The translations under genes were made by a program, and so were the position numbers. Of a stretch of DNA of 64,000 bases, positions 22,217 to 32,805 are shown piece after piece. The stretch is from an uncultured Balneola sp. (GTDB taxonomy: Bacteria; Bacteroidota; Rhodothermia; Balneolales; Balneolaceae), in NCBI GenBank assembly GCA_902529365.1, contig CABZWK010000008.1, positions 4,654 to 68,653 on the forward strand. Reading direction: 5' to 3'. Position 1 is the first letter of the stretch; each line of letters starts with the position of its first letter. Below the pieces are notes generated by a model. It was not told where the DNA came from and ran no database searches. It saw only the letters and a list, made by a program, of their open reading frames with translations.

Positions 22217-25200
22217 TTAAGTTCCATTTTGAAGAGCTAATTTCACATTTTCTTCTCCTAGTAATATACGTAATTCGTGCATAAGTGTGGGTGAAGGATC
22301 AACCACAAATTTGCGAATATTCATCGCTATTGGTCGGTCCATCTGTTCACTTTTAATTTGAGCTTTTACATAGGTATGGCCTTGATGTAAACTCAGCAGA
22401 TGAGCCAAACGGTCGATGGAACTACTCTCTAATTTATGAGTATGCAATCGAATGGATAGACGAAGTTTATCCTGGTGTTTTTCTCTCAGATTTTCCACCC
22501 GTTCCACTGCTTGTACAATCATCGAATTACCACGGTCACGTTTACTATAACGACCTTTTATCCAAAGCATATTATCTACCTCAAGAAGTGCTGCATATTG
22601 ATCAAATTGCTGGCTAAAGACCGCCATTTCCATGGAAGAATGTCTATCTTCTACCATTAAAAAAGCGATTGGTCGCCCTTTTTTATCCATTATAACTCGT
22701 TTTGAGGTTACGATTCCAATAACGTTTAATTCAGAATCATGATTGAGTTGGTCTATGGTATCCGAGGAGAGTGTGTGAGACGAAAACAGCTGTATGTCTT
22801 CTTTGTACCGTTCTAGAGGATGTCCACTTAAATAGAAGCCGATTAATTCACGCTCTCGATTTAGTCGCTCCATAGAAGTCCAATTTGGAATACTGGGGAG
22901 CTTTGGCTCTTGTAGTGCGGCGTCTGATCCAGCCCCACCGAATAAATTAACTTGGTTTAATCTTTTTTCTTCTTGCTTTCTGTTAGCGTAGGATAAAATA
23001 TCTTCTACGCCTTGAAGAAGTTGTGCTCTGTTATCATAAAGACTATCAAAAGCACCAGCCTGTATTAGACTTTCAAGGGTACGTCTATTACATACGCGAA
23101 CATCTACCCGTGAAGCAAAATCAAAAATAGATTTAAACTTACCCATGGTAGCGCGCTGCTCTACTATATATTGAATAGCACTATCTCCTACCCCTTTTAT
23201 AGCAGACATACCATACTGAACTCTACCATCTTTAGCCACAAACCTCCCTCTAGAGGTATTGATATTGGGTGGGTCTAAAGTTATTCCAAGTTGCTGACAT
23301 TCTTCAATGAAGGAGGTAATTTTCTTTATGTCATTCATGTTATGACTTAGTACTGCCGCCATATACTCTGGGGTATAGTTAGCTTTAAAGTACATAGTGT
23401 GATAGGCCACTACCGAATACGCTGCTGAGTGGGATTTGTTAAACCCATAACCAGCGAACATGGCCATCTTATCAAATACATTTTTGGCTACTTTCTCATC
23501 GTATCCACGTTCTACGGATTGTCGAATAAACTTTTCCTCTTCTGGTGGAAGTAAATCCGCTTTTTTCTTACCCATTATGCGCCGTAATACATCGGCTTCT
23601 CCTAGGCTATAACCACCCATTTGCTGAGCGACTTTCATGATCTGTTCCTGATAAATCATTATTCCAAAAGTAGTCTGTAATAAGGGAACTAAGTCCTCAT
23701 GATCATATTCAACCTCTTCACGTCCATGCTTTCGCTCTATATAATTTGGAATAAATTGCATAGGCCCTGGCCTATACAGTGCATTCATGGCAATAAGGTC
23801 GTCAATGGTAGTTGGCTTCAGATCTTTTAAGTACTTTTTCATCCCCTCACTCTCGAACTGAAAGGTACCTAAGGTTCCACCTTTTTGGTACAGTTCAAAG
23901 GTCTTTGAATCGTCTAGGGGAACTTCGTCTAGGTTGTAGCTTTTTTGATGATTCTCTTGTACAAAATGAATAACTGTTTTCAGGATAGATAAAGTTTTTA
24001 AGCCTAAGAAATCCATCTTCAACATCCCAGCAGACTCAATAACACCCCCATCGAACTGCGTCACTTGCAGATCGGCATCTTTGGCTGTGCTAACAGGGAT
24101 ATATTCGATTAATTGATCGGGAGCAATAATAATGCCTGCGGCGTGAAGGCCTGTGTTTCGAACTGATCCTTCTAATATTTGCGCCATTCGCAGTGTTTCC
24201 GCTTCAAGACCTTCCCCATCTCGGATTTCCCTTAGTTCTTTTACCTCCGAGAATGCCTCATCCAGTGTAATTCCTGGTCTTTCTGGAACTAATTTTGCTA
24301 TTCGATCGGCATCGGAAAGCGGTAAATCAAGCACTCTAGCTACATCGCGCACCGAGGATCGCGCTGCCATAGAACCGAAGGTAACTATATGCGCCACCTG
24401 GTCAGCTCCGTATTTATCGACTACATACTCAATTACCTTTTGACGACCTTCGTCATCAAAGTCGATATCAATATCGGGCATGCTAACTCGCTCAGGGTTT
24501 AAAAATCGTTCAAAAAGTAAATCATATTTAAGAGGATCTATGTTGGTAATACCCGTTGCATAAGCTACCACCGAACCTGCGGCCGAGCCTCTTCCTGGGC
24601 CCACATATACCCCCATATTTTTGGCAGCTGCAATGAAGTCCTGAACAATTAGGAAATATCCTGGGAAGCTCATATCCTTGATAATTCCTAACTCTAAGTC
24701 AATACGGTCTTTCAACTCAGAACTTAGTATACCATATTTTAGTGCAGCACCTTCAAGGGTGAGATGACGCAGATAATCATCTTCATTTTCGAAGGTTGTC
24801 GGAATATCAAATTTAGGGAGAATAACCTCACGCTCTAAAACGATGGGTTCTACCTTTTGGGCAATTTCATAAGTCCCATAAATCGCCTCTGGAACATCTG
24901 AGAACACCCCGATCATCTCTTCAGAAGACTTGAAATAGAACTCATGGTTAGGGAATCCATATCTAAAATTACGCCCTTTACCTATGGGCGTATTTTTGAG
25001 GGCACCATCGTCAATACAGATAAGAGCATCATGAGCATCTGCATCTGCTTTTTCCATATAAAAGCAGTTATTAGAAGCAACTAAGGAAACACCATATTTT
25101 TCAGAAAAACCCCGAAATACTTCGTTTATACGCTGTTCTTCAGGTAATCCGTGATCGATTAATTCAAAGTAGAAATCATCTCCAAAACAATCTATCCACC

Positions 25201-26524
25201 AGCTAATTTCTGCTTCTGCAGCCTCTATTCCTTTATTTAAAATGAGTTCTCCAAGTAGGCCGTTAGCACCTCCGCTTAGAGCGATAAGATCTTTAGAGTG
25301 TTCGGCAATGATCTGTTTATCCACTCTTGGATATTTATAATAGTAACCCTGTGTATATCCAAGGGAGCAGATTTTCGATAAATTTCTAAAGCCCTGCTGA
25401 TTCTTTGCAAGCAGAGGTACTTGCCAACGTAAATCACGATGTTCACGAGTGAATTTTTTCTTCGCGTGATCTTCAACCAAATACAATTCGCACCCCACAA
25501 TGGGCTTAATCCCTTGTTTATGAGCCTCTGCAACAAAGGTGAATACACCAAACATGTTGCCTAAATCCGTAAGTCCCACAGCCGGCATCTTCCACTGCGC
25601 TGCTTTTGCGACTAAATCTTTAACCCCCGCCGTGGATCTAAGTACAGAATACTTAGAGTGACAGTGCAGATGAGAGAAACTAAGAGGCTCTCCCTGTTTC
25701 CATTTTTCTAGTTTTTTTTTTGCCGATTCTTTTTGTTCTTCGGATGCTACAAAATTGCTTTGCTCTGCTATGTTTGAGTCTATTGAGCTATGCTCACGGG
25801 GCCGTCGATCTTGTGATGTCTCTGTATCGCCTGGTTGTTCAAAAGTGGCCGTAGTTGTTTTCAGGCGATCTGGTGAGACGAGATTTATGTAATTTTCTCT
25901 TTTAACATAGCTCTGGGGGGATTCATACAATTTAGCATCTAATGGAAAGCTAAACTTGGCCTCTCCAAGTAGCACCAACTCTAAAAAACAACGAGCTGTT
26001 GCTTCTACATCTGCGGCAGCATCGTGTGCATCATCAAACCCCTTGTTGAACAAAGCGTGATGAAGTTCTCCTAGGGAAGGCCACTTAAATCCTCGTGGAC
26101 CTGGAATAGCACAAAACTGAGTACCCTCATCTTTTGTATCTATCTTAGCCTTATCCATAATAGCCGAAGGGATTTTTTTTCGCAGGTATTCTGCTCCCAT
26201 TACACGTTCATCAAAGGACACATTATGCCCAACCAAAAAGTGAGCCCGATCAATATTTTTTCTAAAAACCTCAAGTACTTCTTTGAGATCGACGCCTTGT
26301 TTTAAGGCTCTTTCGGTAGAAATACCATGAATTTGTTCAGAATTAAAGGGTATGGTGAAGCCTTCAGGGCGAATGATATAGTTCCCACTCGATAGTAATG
26401 CGCCCGTCTGATCATGCAACTGCCAAGCCAATTGAACCAATCTTGGCCAATTATCTAACTGTGTTATTGGTGCGCTATAATCTCGGGGTAAACCGGTGGT
26501 TTCTGTGTCAAATATTAGATACAT
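22217..26524 (-). CDS. dnaE: DNA polymerase III alpha subunit (DnaE-type) with an N-terminal DEDDh 3'-5' exonuclease (DnaQ/epsilon-like) domain
   Basis: 1435 aa. Residues 1-185 carry Exo I (IFDTETTG), Exo II (GHNVSFD) and Exo III (HDAAADVE). A low-complexity linker follows, then the PHP domain begins at FSHLHCHSKYS. Pol III alpha core stretches (GPGRGSAAGS, MPDIDIDFD, FNKSHSAAY) and an OB-fold C-terminus are present. Confidence 0.95.
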   Translation of the reverse strand: MYLIFDTETTGLPRDYSAPITQLDNWPRLVQLAWQLHDQTGALLSSGNYIIRPEGFTIPFNSEQIHGISTERALKQGVDLKEVLEVFRKNIDRAHFLVGHNVSFDERVMGAEYLRKKIPSAIMDKAKIDTKDEGTQFCAIPGPRGFKWPSLGELHHALFNKGFDDAHDAAADVEATARCFLELVLLGEAKFSFPLDAKLYESPQSYVKRENYINLVSPDRLKTTTATFEQPGDTETSQDRRPREHSSIDSNIAEQSNFVASEEQKESAKKKLEKWKQGEPLSFSHLHCHSKYSVLRSTAGVKDLVAKAAQWKMPAVGLTDLGNMFGVFTFVAEAHKQGIKPIVGCELYLVEDHAKKKFTREHRDLRWQVPLLAKNQQGFRNLSKICSLGYTQGYYYKYPRVDKQIIAEHSKDLIALSGGANGLLGELILNKGIEAAEAEISWWIDCFGDDFYFELIDHGLPEEQRINEVFRGFSEKYGVSLVASNNCFYMEKADADAHDALICIDDGALKNTPIGKGRNFRYGFPNHEFYFKSSEEMIGVFSDVPEAIYGTYEIAQKVEPIVLEREVILPKFDIPTTFENEDDYLRHLTLEGAALKYGILSSELKDRIDLELGIIKDMSFPGYFLIVQDFIAAAKNMGVYVGPGRGSAAGSVVAYATGITNIDPLKYDLLFERFLNPERVSMPDIDIDFDDEGRQKVIEYVVDKYGADQVAHIVTFGSMAARSSVRDVARVLDLPLSDADRIAKLVPERPGITLDEAFSEVKELREIRDGEGLEAETLRMAQILEGSVRNTGLHAAGIIIAPDQLIEYIPVSTAKDADLQVTQFDGGVIESAGMLKMDFLGLKTLSILKTVIHFVQENHQKSYNLDEVPLDDSKTFELYQKGGTLGTFQFESEGMKKYLKDLKPTTIDDLIAMNALYRPGPMQFIPNYIERKHGREEVEYDHEDLVPLLQTTFGIMIYQEQIMKVAQQMGGYSLGEADVLRRIMGKKKADLLPPEEEKFIRQSVERGYDEKVAKNVFDKMAMFAGYGFNKSHSAAYSVVAYHTMYFKANYTPEYMAAVLSHNMNDIKKITSFIEECQQLGITLDPPNINTSRGRFVAKDGRVQYGMSAIKGVGDSAIQYIVEQRATMGKFKSIFDFASRVDVRVCNRRTLESLIQAGAFDSLYDNRAQLLQGVEDILSYANRKQEEKRLNQVNLFGGAGSDAALQEPKLPSIPNWTSMERLNRERELIGFYLSGHPLERYKEDIQLFSSHTLSSDTIDQLNHDSELNVIGIVTSKRVIMDKKGRPIAFLMVEDRHSSMEMAVFSQQFDQYAALLEVDNMLWIKGRYSKRDRGNSMIVQAVERVENLREKHQDKLRLSIRLHTHKLESSSIDRLAHLLSLHQGHTYVKAQIKSEQMDRPIAMNIRKFVVDPSPTLMHELRILLGEENVKLALQNGT

Positions 26525-26617
26525 ACATAGTAATTATGTTGTTAATATAGGGTAACCAACAAAGACTATGTGCACAAGTTTTCCACAAATTTTAGTTATG
26601 AAACCCTATATTCTAGC

Positions 26618-27544
26618 ATGGCTATAGTACTGATCTCCACGAGCAGAAATTTTCTCAAACTGCAAGAACATATTCAAGGTTTAGATCCAAATATTCAGGT
26701 GGATATATGGCCTAGAATAACGGCAAAAGAGGCGATAAGAATGGGTGTATGCTGGAACATACCTGAACGTGCATTGAATCCATATCCAAACCTCCAGCTA
26801 ATTCAGTCCTACGGAGCTGGTGTAGCTGAGCTTCTTGAAGATGCCAGTATACCTGCTCGTATTCCCATTGCCCGAATGAGTCTGGAATCCCTTGCCACCG
26901 ATATGCTCGCATATATTGAATGGGCTCTTATGGATATTCGGCACCATGGATTATTCTATCGAGCTAATAAATCAGATACTTCTTGGGCTCCTAAAGATAC
27001 CCTACGATACCAAGATCTCAGTATTGGGGTTATGGGACTTGGAAACATTGGGAGCTATGTCAGTCAATCTCTAGCAGCCCAAGGCTACCGGGTGTTGGGC
27101 TGGTCTCGATCCAAAAAAGAACTTCCGCTGGTGCGTTGTTATGAACAGCACGAACTCCACATCTTTGCTGAAGAGTGTAATGTCTTAGTTTCATTACTTC
27201 CAAGAACATTCGAAACTCAGGGCCTAATAGATCTAAAACTTTTTAAGAGCATGCCGAAACCCAGCTTTATTATAAATGCAGGAAGAGGGACTCAACTGGT
27301 TGATGAAGACCTGATCTATGCGCTGGATACCCAACATATTCAAGGAGCATATTTGGATGTATTCATGAAGGAACCACTTCCTCAAAACCATCATTTTTGG
27401 AATCGTAAGGAAGTAATGATCACCCCCCACATAGCGGCAAAGACCAGAGTAGCTGATGCTGCAGCTTTGATTGTGGAAAATTACCGTCGAATTTCATCTG
27501 GTATGCCCGCACAGTTTCTTGTGGATCGAAGCAAAGGGTATTGA
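26618..27544 (+). CDS. D-isomer-specific 2-hydroxyacid dehydrogenase (glyoxylate/hydroxypyruvate reductase A-like)
   Basis: I placed the start at the ATG at 26618 (MAIVLIST). The ORF-track GTG at 26570 is also possible. It has an NAD-binding GVMGLGNIGSYV motif, INAGRG, and the catalytic TPHIAA motif. Confidence 0.8.
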   Translation: MAIVLISTSRNFLKLQEHIQGLDPNIQVDIWPRITAKEAIRMGVCWNIPERALNPYPNLQLIQSYGAGVAELLEDASIPARIPIARMSLESLATDMLAYIEWALMDIRHHGLFYRANKSDTSWAPKDTLRYQDLSIGVMGLGNIGSYVSQSLAAQGYRVLGWSRSKKELPLVRCYEQHELHIFAEECNVLVSLLPRTFETQGLIDLKLFKSMPKPSFIINAGRGTQLVDEDLIYALDTQHIQGAYLDVFMKEPLPQNHHFWNRKEVMITPHIAAKTRVADAAALIVENYRRISSGMPAQFLVDRSKGY

Positions 27545-27560
27545 GGCTTTTGGGGATACA

Positions 27561-27956
27561 TCAACCAGAGATCTTGAAGGCATAAATAGAATACCATCCT
27601 ACCATGGCGAAGGCTAATCCGAACAGGACTTGAAGCCCCATATTTAGAAAGGCCGCCACAAATTGATCTGTTTTGAGCAACAAAAAAGTATCGAACGTAT
27701 AAGTGGAAAAAGTGGTAAAACTGCCTAAAAATCCTACGAATAGAAACATTCGAGGCCAGCCATTTCCCCAATTTTTTACTTCAAATAGGGCCGCTAGTAG
27801 GCCGATAAAAAAACATCCCATAATGTTCACCACTATGGTCCCGCCGGGTAATATTTCTGGTTTTAGCCATCGTTCTATTCCCACACTGAGTAGGTACCGG
27901 CTCAAAGCGCCTAGACTTCCACCGAGCATAATTGCAATAATGGTATGAAGTTGCAC
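27561..27956 (-). CDS. crcB: fluoride efflux channel CrcB/FluC
   Basis: It has GGSLGALSRY and GFLGSFTTFSTY motifs. I trimmed the start to the GTG at 27956 (about 131 aa). The ORF-track start at 27998 would overlap ilvE by 35 nt. The start is uncertain. Confidence 0.85.
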   Translation of the reverse strand: MQLHTIIAIMLGGSLGALSRYLLSVGIERWLKPEILPGGTIVVNIMGCFFIGLLAALFEVKNWGNGWPRMFLFVGFLGSFTTFSTYTFDTFLLLKTDQFVAAFLNMGLQVLFGLAFAMVGWYSIYAFKISG

Positions 27957-27963
27957 TTGGAAC

Positions 27964-29043
27964 TTAAGAATGAAGGGTAATGGGATAGGTCCAGCCAAAA
28001 CGATCTTCTATTTGACCGTATTGAATGCCCGTAATGTTATGGTACAATCGCTCTGCAAGTGGGCCAATTTTACCGTTGCCAATTTCGATTTTCTGGCCTT
28101 TGTGGGCAATTAATCCTACAGGACTGATAACCGCTGCGGTTCCACTCCCAAAGACTTCTTTAAGCCGGCCATCGGCAGATGCTTGCATGATTTCGTCGAT
28201 CGAAACTCTACGCTCTTGAACCTCATATTCCCACTCCTTAGCTAGTTGGATAACGGAATCTCTAGTAATACCTGATAGAACAGAACCCGTTAATGAGGGG
28301 GTCACCAATGTGTCGTCAATGAGAAAGTGAATGTTCATGGTACCTACTTCTTCAATGTACTTGTGCTCAATGGCATCCAACCAAAGTACCTGTGTAAAAC
28401 CATCTTGCTGAGCCTGTTGAGCGGGTAGGAAACTGGCTGCATAATTACCCGCTGTTTTAGCCTCACCCGTTCCTCCCGGCACCGCACGCACAAAATCAGG
28501 CGAAGTGGTTAAAGAAACTGGATTAAATCCTTCGGCATAATAGGCGCCCACCGGGGACATAATGATATGATAGGCATAGGTGGATGATACTCTAGCGGCG
28601 AGGTAATCTTCGTTAGCAAAAATAAAGGGTCTAATGTAGAGCGCAGTGCCTCGCTTCTGAGGCACCCAAGCGGCATCTAGCCGAATAAGAGTTTCCAATG
28701 CTTCAATAAATACCTCATAGGAAGTTTCTGGTATGCACATTCTTCGACACGATCGATTAAAGCGGGCATGATGCACATCTGGGCGAAATAAATTAATCTG
28801 ATGCTCATCTACATAAAAAGCTTTCATTCCTTCAAATACGGCCTGCCCATAATGGAGCACGTTCAATGCCGGGGTAATTTGAATGGGGCCAAAAGGTTTA
28901 ACATGGGCCGTTTTCCAGGCATTTTTTGCATATTGCATCTCAAACATATGATCCGTGAAACACCGACCAAAGTCTAAGTTATTCATATCCACTTCCTGAA
29001 TTCGAGAAGTAGCCAACTTATCTATCTTTATTGTTGAAGCCAT
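27964..29043 (-). CDS. ilvE: branched-chain-amino-acid aminotransferase (class IV)
   Basis: 359 aa with YGQAVFEGMKAF, EVGTMNIHF and GTAAVISPV stretches. Confidence 0.9.
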   Translation of the reverse strand: MASTIKIDKLATSRIQEVDMNNLDFGRCFTDHMFEMQYAKNAWKTAHVKPFGPIQITPALNVLHYGQAVFEGMKAFYVDEHQINLFRPDVHHARFNRSCRRMCIPETSYEVFIEALETLIRLDAAWVPQKRGTALYIRPFIFANEDYLAARVSSTYAYHIIMSPVGAYYAEGFNPVSLTTSPDFVRAVPGGTGEAKTAGNYAASFLPAQQAQQDGFTQVLWLDAIEHKYIEEVGTMNIHFLIDDTLVTPSLTGSVLSGITRDSVIQLAKEWEYEVQERRVSIDEIMQASADGRLKEVFGSGTAAVISPVGLIAHKGQKIEIGNGKIGPLAERLYHNITGIQYGQIEDRFGWTYPITLHS

Positions 29044-29127
29044 GTTTGTATTCTTTGAATCTTTTGCGAAATATAGTAAGGATGTATATGAAATTTTTTA
29101 TAAGATACAGCTTTTTAGTGGAGGAAC

Positions 29128-31953
29128 TTAGCCAGTACTCTGCATGGCTGCAGCTATGCTGTTTATATTTAAAAACAGTAACTCTGTTAGTATTTCCTCT
29201 TCTTCCTGGTCGGTTAAGTTGCGCTGTGACCAGCGTTGAATTAGCTCGGTTTGAATGACGTTGAGAGGATAAGTAAAGGGATTTCTAAAAGCTATAGAGC
29301 GCTGGATGACAGGGTTGTGATTTAAAATCTTCTCCATGCCGGCTATGCGTGTGATATACTCGGTTGCCCAACTAAAATCCTGTAGTATCATTTGATGAAA
29401 GGTATCCTCTTCAGGATGCTCCAAATACAATTCAGAAGTAGCTATATGGGTTCGAGCCAACTCTCGCTGGGAATTATTAAGAACGGTATGGAAAAAAGTC
29501 CATTCTCTAAACCACCGCTTTACGATGTCTTGAGCGTCTGGATTATTATCCATTAGTTTTTTTAAGCCCGATCCTATACCGTACCAGCCCGGCACATTGT
29601 AGCGGACTTGAGTCCATGCAAAAACCCATGGAATGGCTCGAAGTCCATCGAAAGTCAACCCACCTCCAGCACCTCTGGAAACGGGTCGGGAGGCAATAGG
29701 AAGCTTACCAATATGCTCAATAGGTGTTTTTTGCATGTACCATTCCCAGAAGCCTGGCGCATCAATTAGGCCCCTATAGGCTTCCATCGTATATTTAGAA
29801 AGCTCCTGCATGAGATCCCATTCACGATCTTTACCATAGAGGTACCCTGGTGCATTTTTTTGAGCATTAATTACCTGAGCCATCGCATGGACAAGCTGTT
29901 CTAAATGGCGATGAGCAATGGTCTGCAGAGAATATCGAAAGGAAATAACCTCGCCTTGTTCGGTAAATCGAATGCGCCCGTTGTTACTCACCGGCGGCAT
30001 TGCGACAATGGCTTTATTTGACTGTCCGCCACCCCTACCCACGGTGCCACCTCGGCCGTGAAAAAGCCGAAAGTCTATGTTATACTCTCTGCATACTATT
30101 CCTAAATCGTACTGAGCTTTATTTAATGCCCAATTTGCTGTCCAATATCCACCATCTTTATTACTATCGGAATATCCTAGCATGATTTCTTGGAAATTAT
30201 TTCTCGCCTCTATATGGTCTTTAAAAAGTGGGTCCTCAAACATTTGAGCCATTAGATCCCGTGAATGCTCTAAATCTTCGATCGTTTCAAAAAGAGGTAC
30301 TGCATCCAATGGGGTGGTAACTTTTCCATCCTCTATACTCCATAAGTCCATTTCTTTGGCAATAAGAAGGACTTCTAGCATATCGCTAACCCCATGGGTC
30401 ATTGAAATAATATAGCTGCCAAATATATTGGGGTCGAGTTCGAGCATATCTCGGATTTCTTCGAAAACACCCAACACTTTTTGAGCTGTTTCGCTTCGCT
30501 GGAACCCCCTTGAACATAGAGGGCGTGGATTCTTTAGTTCCCTATCCAATAATTCAATCTTTTCATTTTCAGAAAGGTGGGCGTAATCACTTTCAGCACC
30601 TGTAAAGCGCAACATTTCCTCCACTGTTTCCTCGTGAAGTCGAGAGTGCTGTCGAATATCCAAGGCCGTCAGGTGAAACCCAAAAGTTTTGGCACAAACC
30701 ACCAAATCATGTAGCCTACCCTGTTCTGCAATTCCACTAAACCCTTGTTGCTGCAAAGATTGGCATATAAGTTCTAAATCCCCAATAAATACATCAGGAG
30801 TATACTCTTTTGCCGTACTAAGAATATGACTCTTACTGCCTTCCAATGCATGCAATTGTGTCCTTAAGCGTTGCATTATATGAGTAATTTTCCTTCTGTA
30901 AGGCTCTCTTTGATACCTTCTCTCGTATAAATCACTCAATGGATTATCGCTTTCTTCCAAACGCAATGAATCTCTCAACGCATCCGATATAGTGGCTTCT
31001 TTATAGGAAATACTCAAATATCTACGAAGATGGTCCAGTTTTTTTAAATACAGCTGAATAACTGTCTTACGCTGTTCAATAAGGGTTTTCCAAGTTACTG
31101 ATGAGGTGACATTAGGATTGCCATCCCGATCACTTCCAATCCAAGAACGATAACGAAGTACTATGGGTAACTCAGGAGTATGATGAGCATAGGCTTCTGG
31201 ATAATAGGTCTCCAAAGCCAGTCTCATATCTTTATAGAGTCTTGGGATAGCATCCCAGATTGTATGGGTAAAGAAATACAGTCCATTTTCTACTTCATCC
31301 TCTACCGACATTCTTTCGGCCCTAACCTCATCGGTCAGTAGTAGTAATTTCAACTGATTTAGAATTTCTTTCCTTAAATACCGCTCCTCATCTGAAGTTA
31401 GTTCTTCGGTGCCTAATTTACTCACCATTTCACTTATTTCATGCTGCTTGGTGAGAACACTTCGCCTCCGCGCTTCTGTTGGATGGGCCGTAATGGTGGG
31501 CTGAATATCCATGTGATTAAACACATCCATCACCTCCGCAAAGCTATACCCTTGCTTTTTCATGGCATGCACTGTCTCCAAAATACTTTCATTTCGAGGG
31601 GTATCCGGTGTTTCTGCAAACTCGCGTTTACGATTTATCCGACTAATTTCATGCTGCTCTAGAGAGTTAACCAAATGAAAATAGGTAGTGTATATCCTCA
31701 AAAACTCTTTTATCTCTCGGGTAGATAGAACCTGAAGTCTCTTCAAAAAGGCTTCTAGTTCATTATTATCGCCCTGATCTAGTGCTTTTTTTATTTGAAG
31801 AGGTGCATTGCCTAATAAGGCTAGAAATTCAGGGGTACTTCGATCTAGACTAAGCTGTTCTAAAATTTCGGAAAGAGCGGATACATGATTACATAGCGAT
31901 TCGCTCACCTTACTTTCAGCTCCTAGTTGGCGGACGGTTGATTCTAACTGCAT
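29128..31953 (-). CDS. ppc: phosphoenolpyruvate carboxylase
   Basis: 941 aa with ITAHPTEARR, MLGYSDSNKDGG, FHGRGGTVGRGGG and a C-terminal ...QSTG. Confidence 0.95.
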   Translation of the reverse strand: MQLESTVRQLGAESKVSESLCNHVSALSEILEQLSLDRSTPEFLALLGNAPLQIKKALDQGDNNELEAFLKRLQVLSTREIKEFLRIYTTYFHLVNSLEQHEISRINRKREFAETPDTPRNESILETVHAMKKQGYSFAEVMDVFNHMDIQPTITAHPTEARRRSVLTKQHEISEMVSKLGTEELTSDEERYLRKEILNQLKLLLLTDEVRAERMSVEDEVENGLYFFTHTIWDAIPRLYKDMRLALETYYPEAYAHHTPELPIVLRYRSWIGSDRDGNPNVTSSVTWKTLIEQRKTVIQLYLKKLDHLRRYLSISYKEATISDALRDSLRLEESDNPLSDLYERRYQREPYRRKITHIMQRLRTQLHALEGSKSHILSTAKEYTPDVFIGDLELICQSLQQQGFSGIAEQGRLHDLVVCAKTFGFHLTALDIRQHSRLHEETVEEMLRFTGAESDYAHLSENEKIELLDRELKNPRPLCSRGFQRSETAQKVLGVFEEIRDMLELDPNIFGSYIISMTHGVSDMLEVLLIAKEMDLWSIEDGKVTTPLDAVPLFETIEDLEHSRDLMAQMFEDPLFKDHIEARNNFQEIMLGYSDSNKDGGYWTANWALNKAQYDLGIVCREYNIDFRLFHGRGGTVGRGGGQSNKAIVAMPPVSNNGRIRFTEQGEVISFRYSLQTIAHRHLEQLVHAMAQVINAQKNAPGYLYGKDREWDLMQELSKYTMEAYRGLIDAPGFWEWYMQKTPIEHIGKLPIASRPVSRGAGGGLTFDGLRAIPWVFAWTQVRYNVPGWYGIGSGLKKLMDNNPDAQDIVKRWFREWTFFHTVLNNSQRELARTHIATSELYLEHPEEDTFHQMILQDFSWATEYITRIAGMEKILNHNPVIQRSIAFRNPFTYPLNVIQTELIQRWSQRNLTDQEEEEILTELLFLNINSIAAAMQSTG

Positions 31954-32049
31954 ACATACTTCTATTTTGAGATTGTGAGTATCTGAATGTAGTAAATTCT
32001 ACCGCCCTATGTAGGATAAAGCTATTATGAATTTCTTCTCTAGCTCGAC

Positions 32050-32802
32050 TTAGGAAAAATTAGTGTAGAGAATATATACTCCCATGACAATAAGAAAATA
32101 GCCAAAGCCTCTTTTTAGTTTCTGATGAGGTATAAACTGACTTGCCTTACCTCCCAAAAAACTACCTAAAATACCAATTAAGGTAAAAACGACTAGTAGG
32201 TTCCAATCTGCACCCAAATCCTCTTTGGCTAATACATCAACATATTTATAAAACCCAAGTAAACTCTTAGCAGCAATAATAAACAAACTCGTTCCAACGG
32301 CAATACGCATAGATAATCCACCTAATAAGACTAAAGCTGGTATAATCAAGAAACCACCACCAACTCCAACCAAACCAGTAATAACTCCAATGACTAATCC
32401 TTCGGTAATCAACAACCAAATTGGAGCTTGTTTATTATTGACTTGTAACTCTTTTGGCTTTCTTATCATCATTACCGCCGCTATTAACATGACGGTAGCA
32501 AAAATCATCAATTGCATACTACCTGTTAAAAAAACAGACAGAGCAGCTCCCCCATAGGTTCCCGCCATTCCTGGTATTCCAAAATAAAAAACATTTCTCC
32601 AATGCACCTCTTTTCTTATGGCATAAGGTATCGCGCCAACTAGGGAAATGGTGGCTACAATACCAAGCGATTCAGCAATGGCTACTTTTTCAGGCTCCCC
32701 TACCAAATACACCAAAACAGGTACGGTAAGAATGGATCCCCCCGAGCCTAAAAGGCCCAGGGAAATTCCAATTAATAAGGCTCCAATCCATGCATCAATC
32801 AT
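32050..32802 (-). CDS. TauE/SafE (DUF81) family sulfite/anion exporter
   Basis: 250 aa, polytopic, with G-rich helices (LGLLGSGGSILTVP, GLVGVGGGFLIIPAL). A 3-nt gap from the upstream gene points to an operon. Confidence 0.8.
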   Translation of the reverse strand: MIDAWIGALLIGISLGLLGSGGSILTVPVLVYLVGEPEKVAIAESLGIVATISLVGAIPYAIRKEVHWRNVFYFGIPGMAGTYGGAALSVFLTGSMQLMIFATVMLIAAVMMIRKPKELQVNNKQAPIWLLITEGLVIGVITGLVGVGGGFLIIPALVLLGGLSMRIAVGTSLFIIAAKSLLGFYKYVDVLAKEDLGADWNLLVVFTLIGILGSFLGGKASQFIPHQKLKRGFGYFLIVMGVYILYTNFS

Positions 32803-32805
32803 GAA

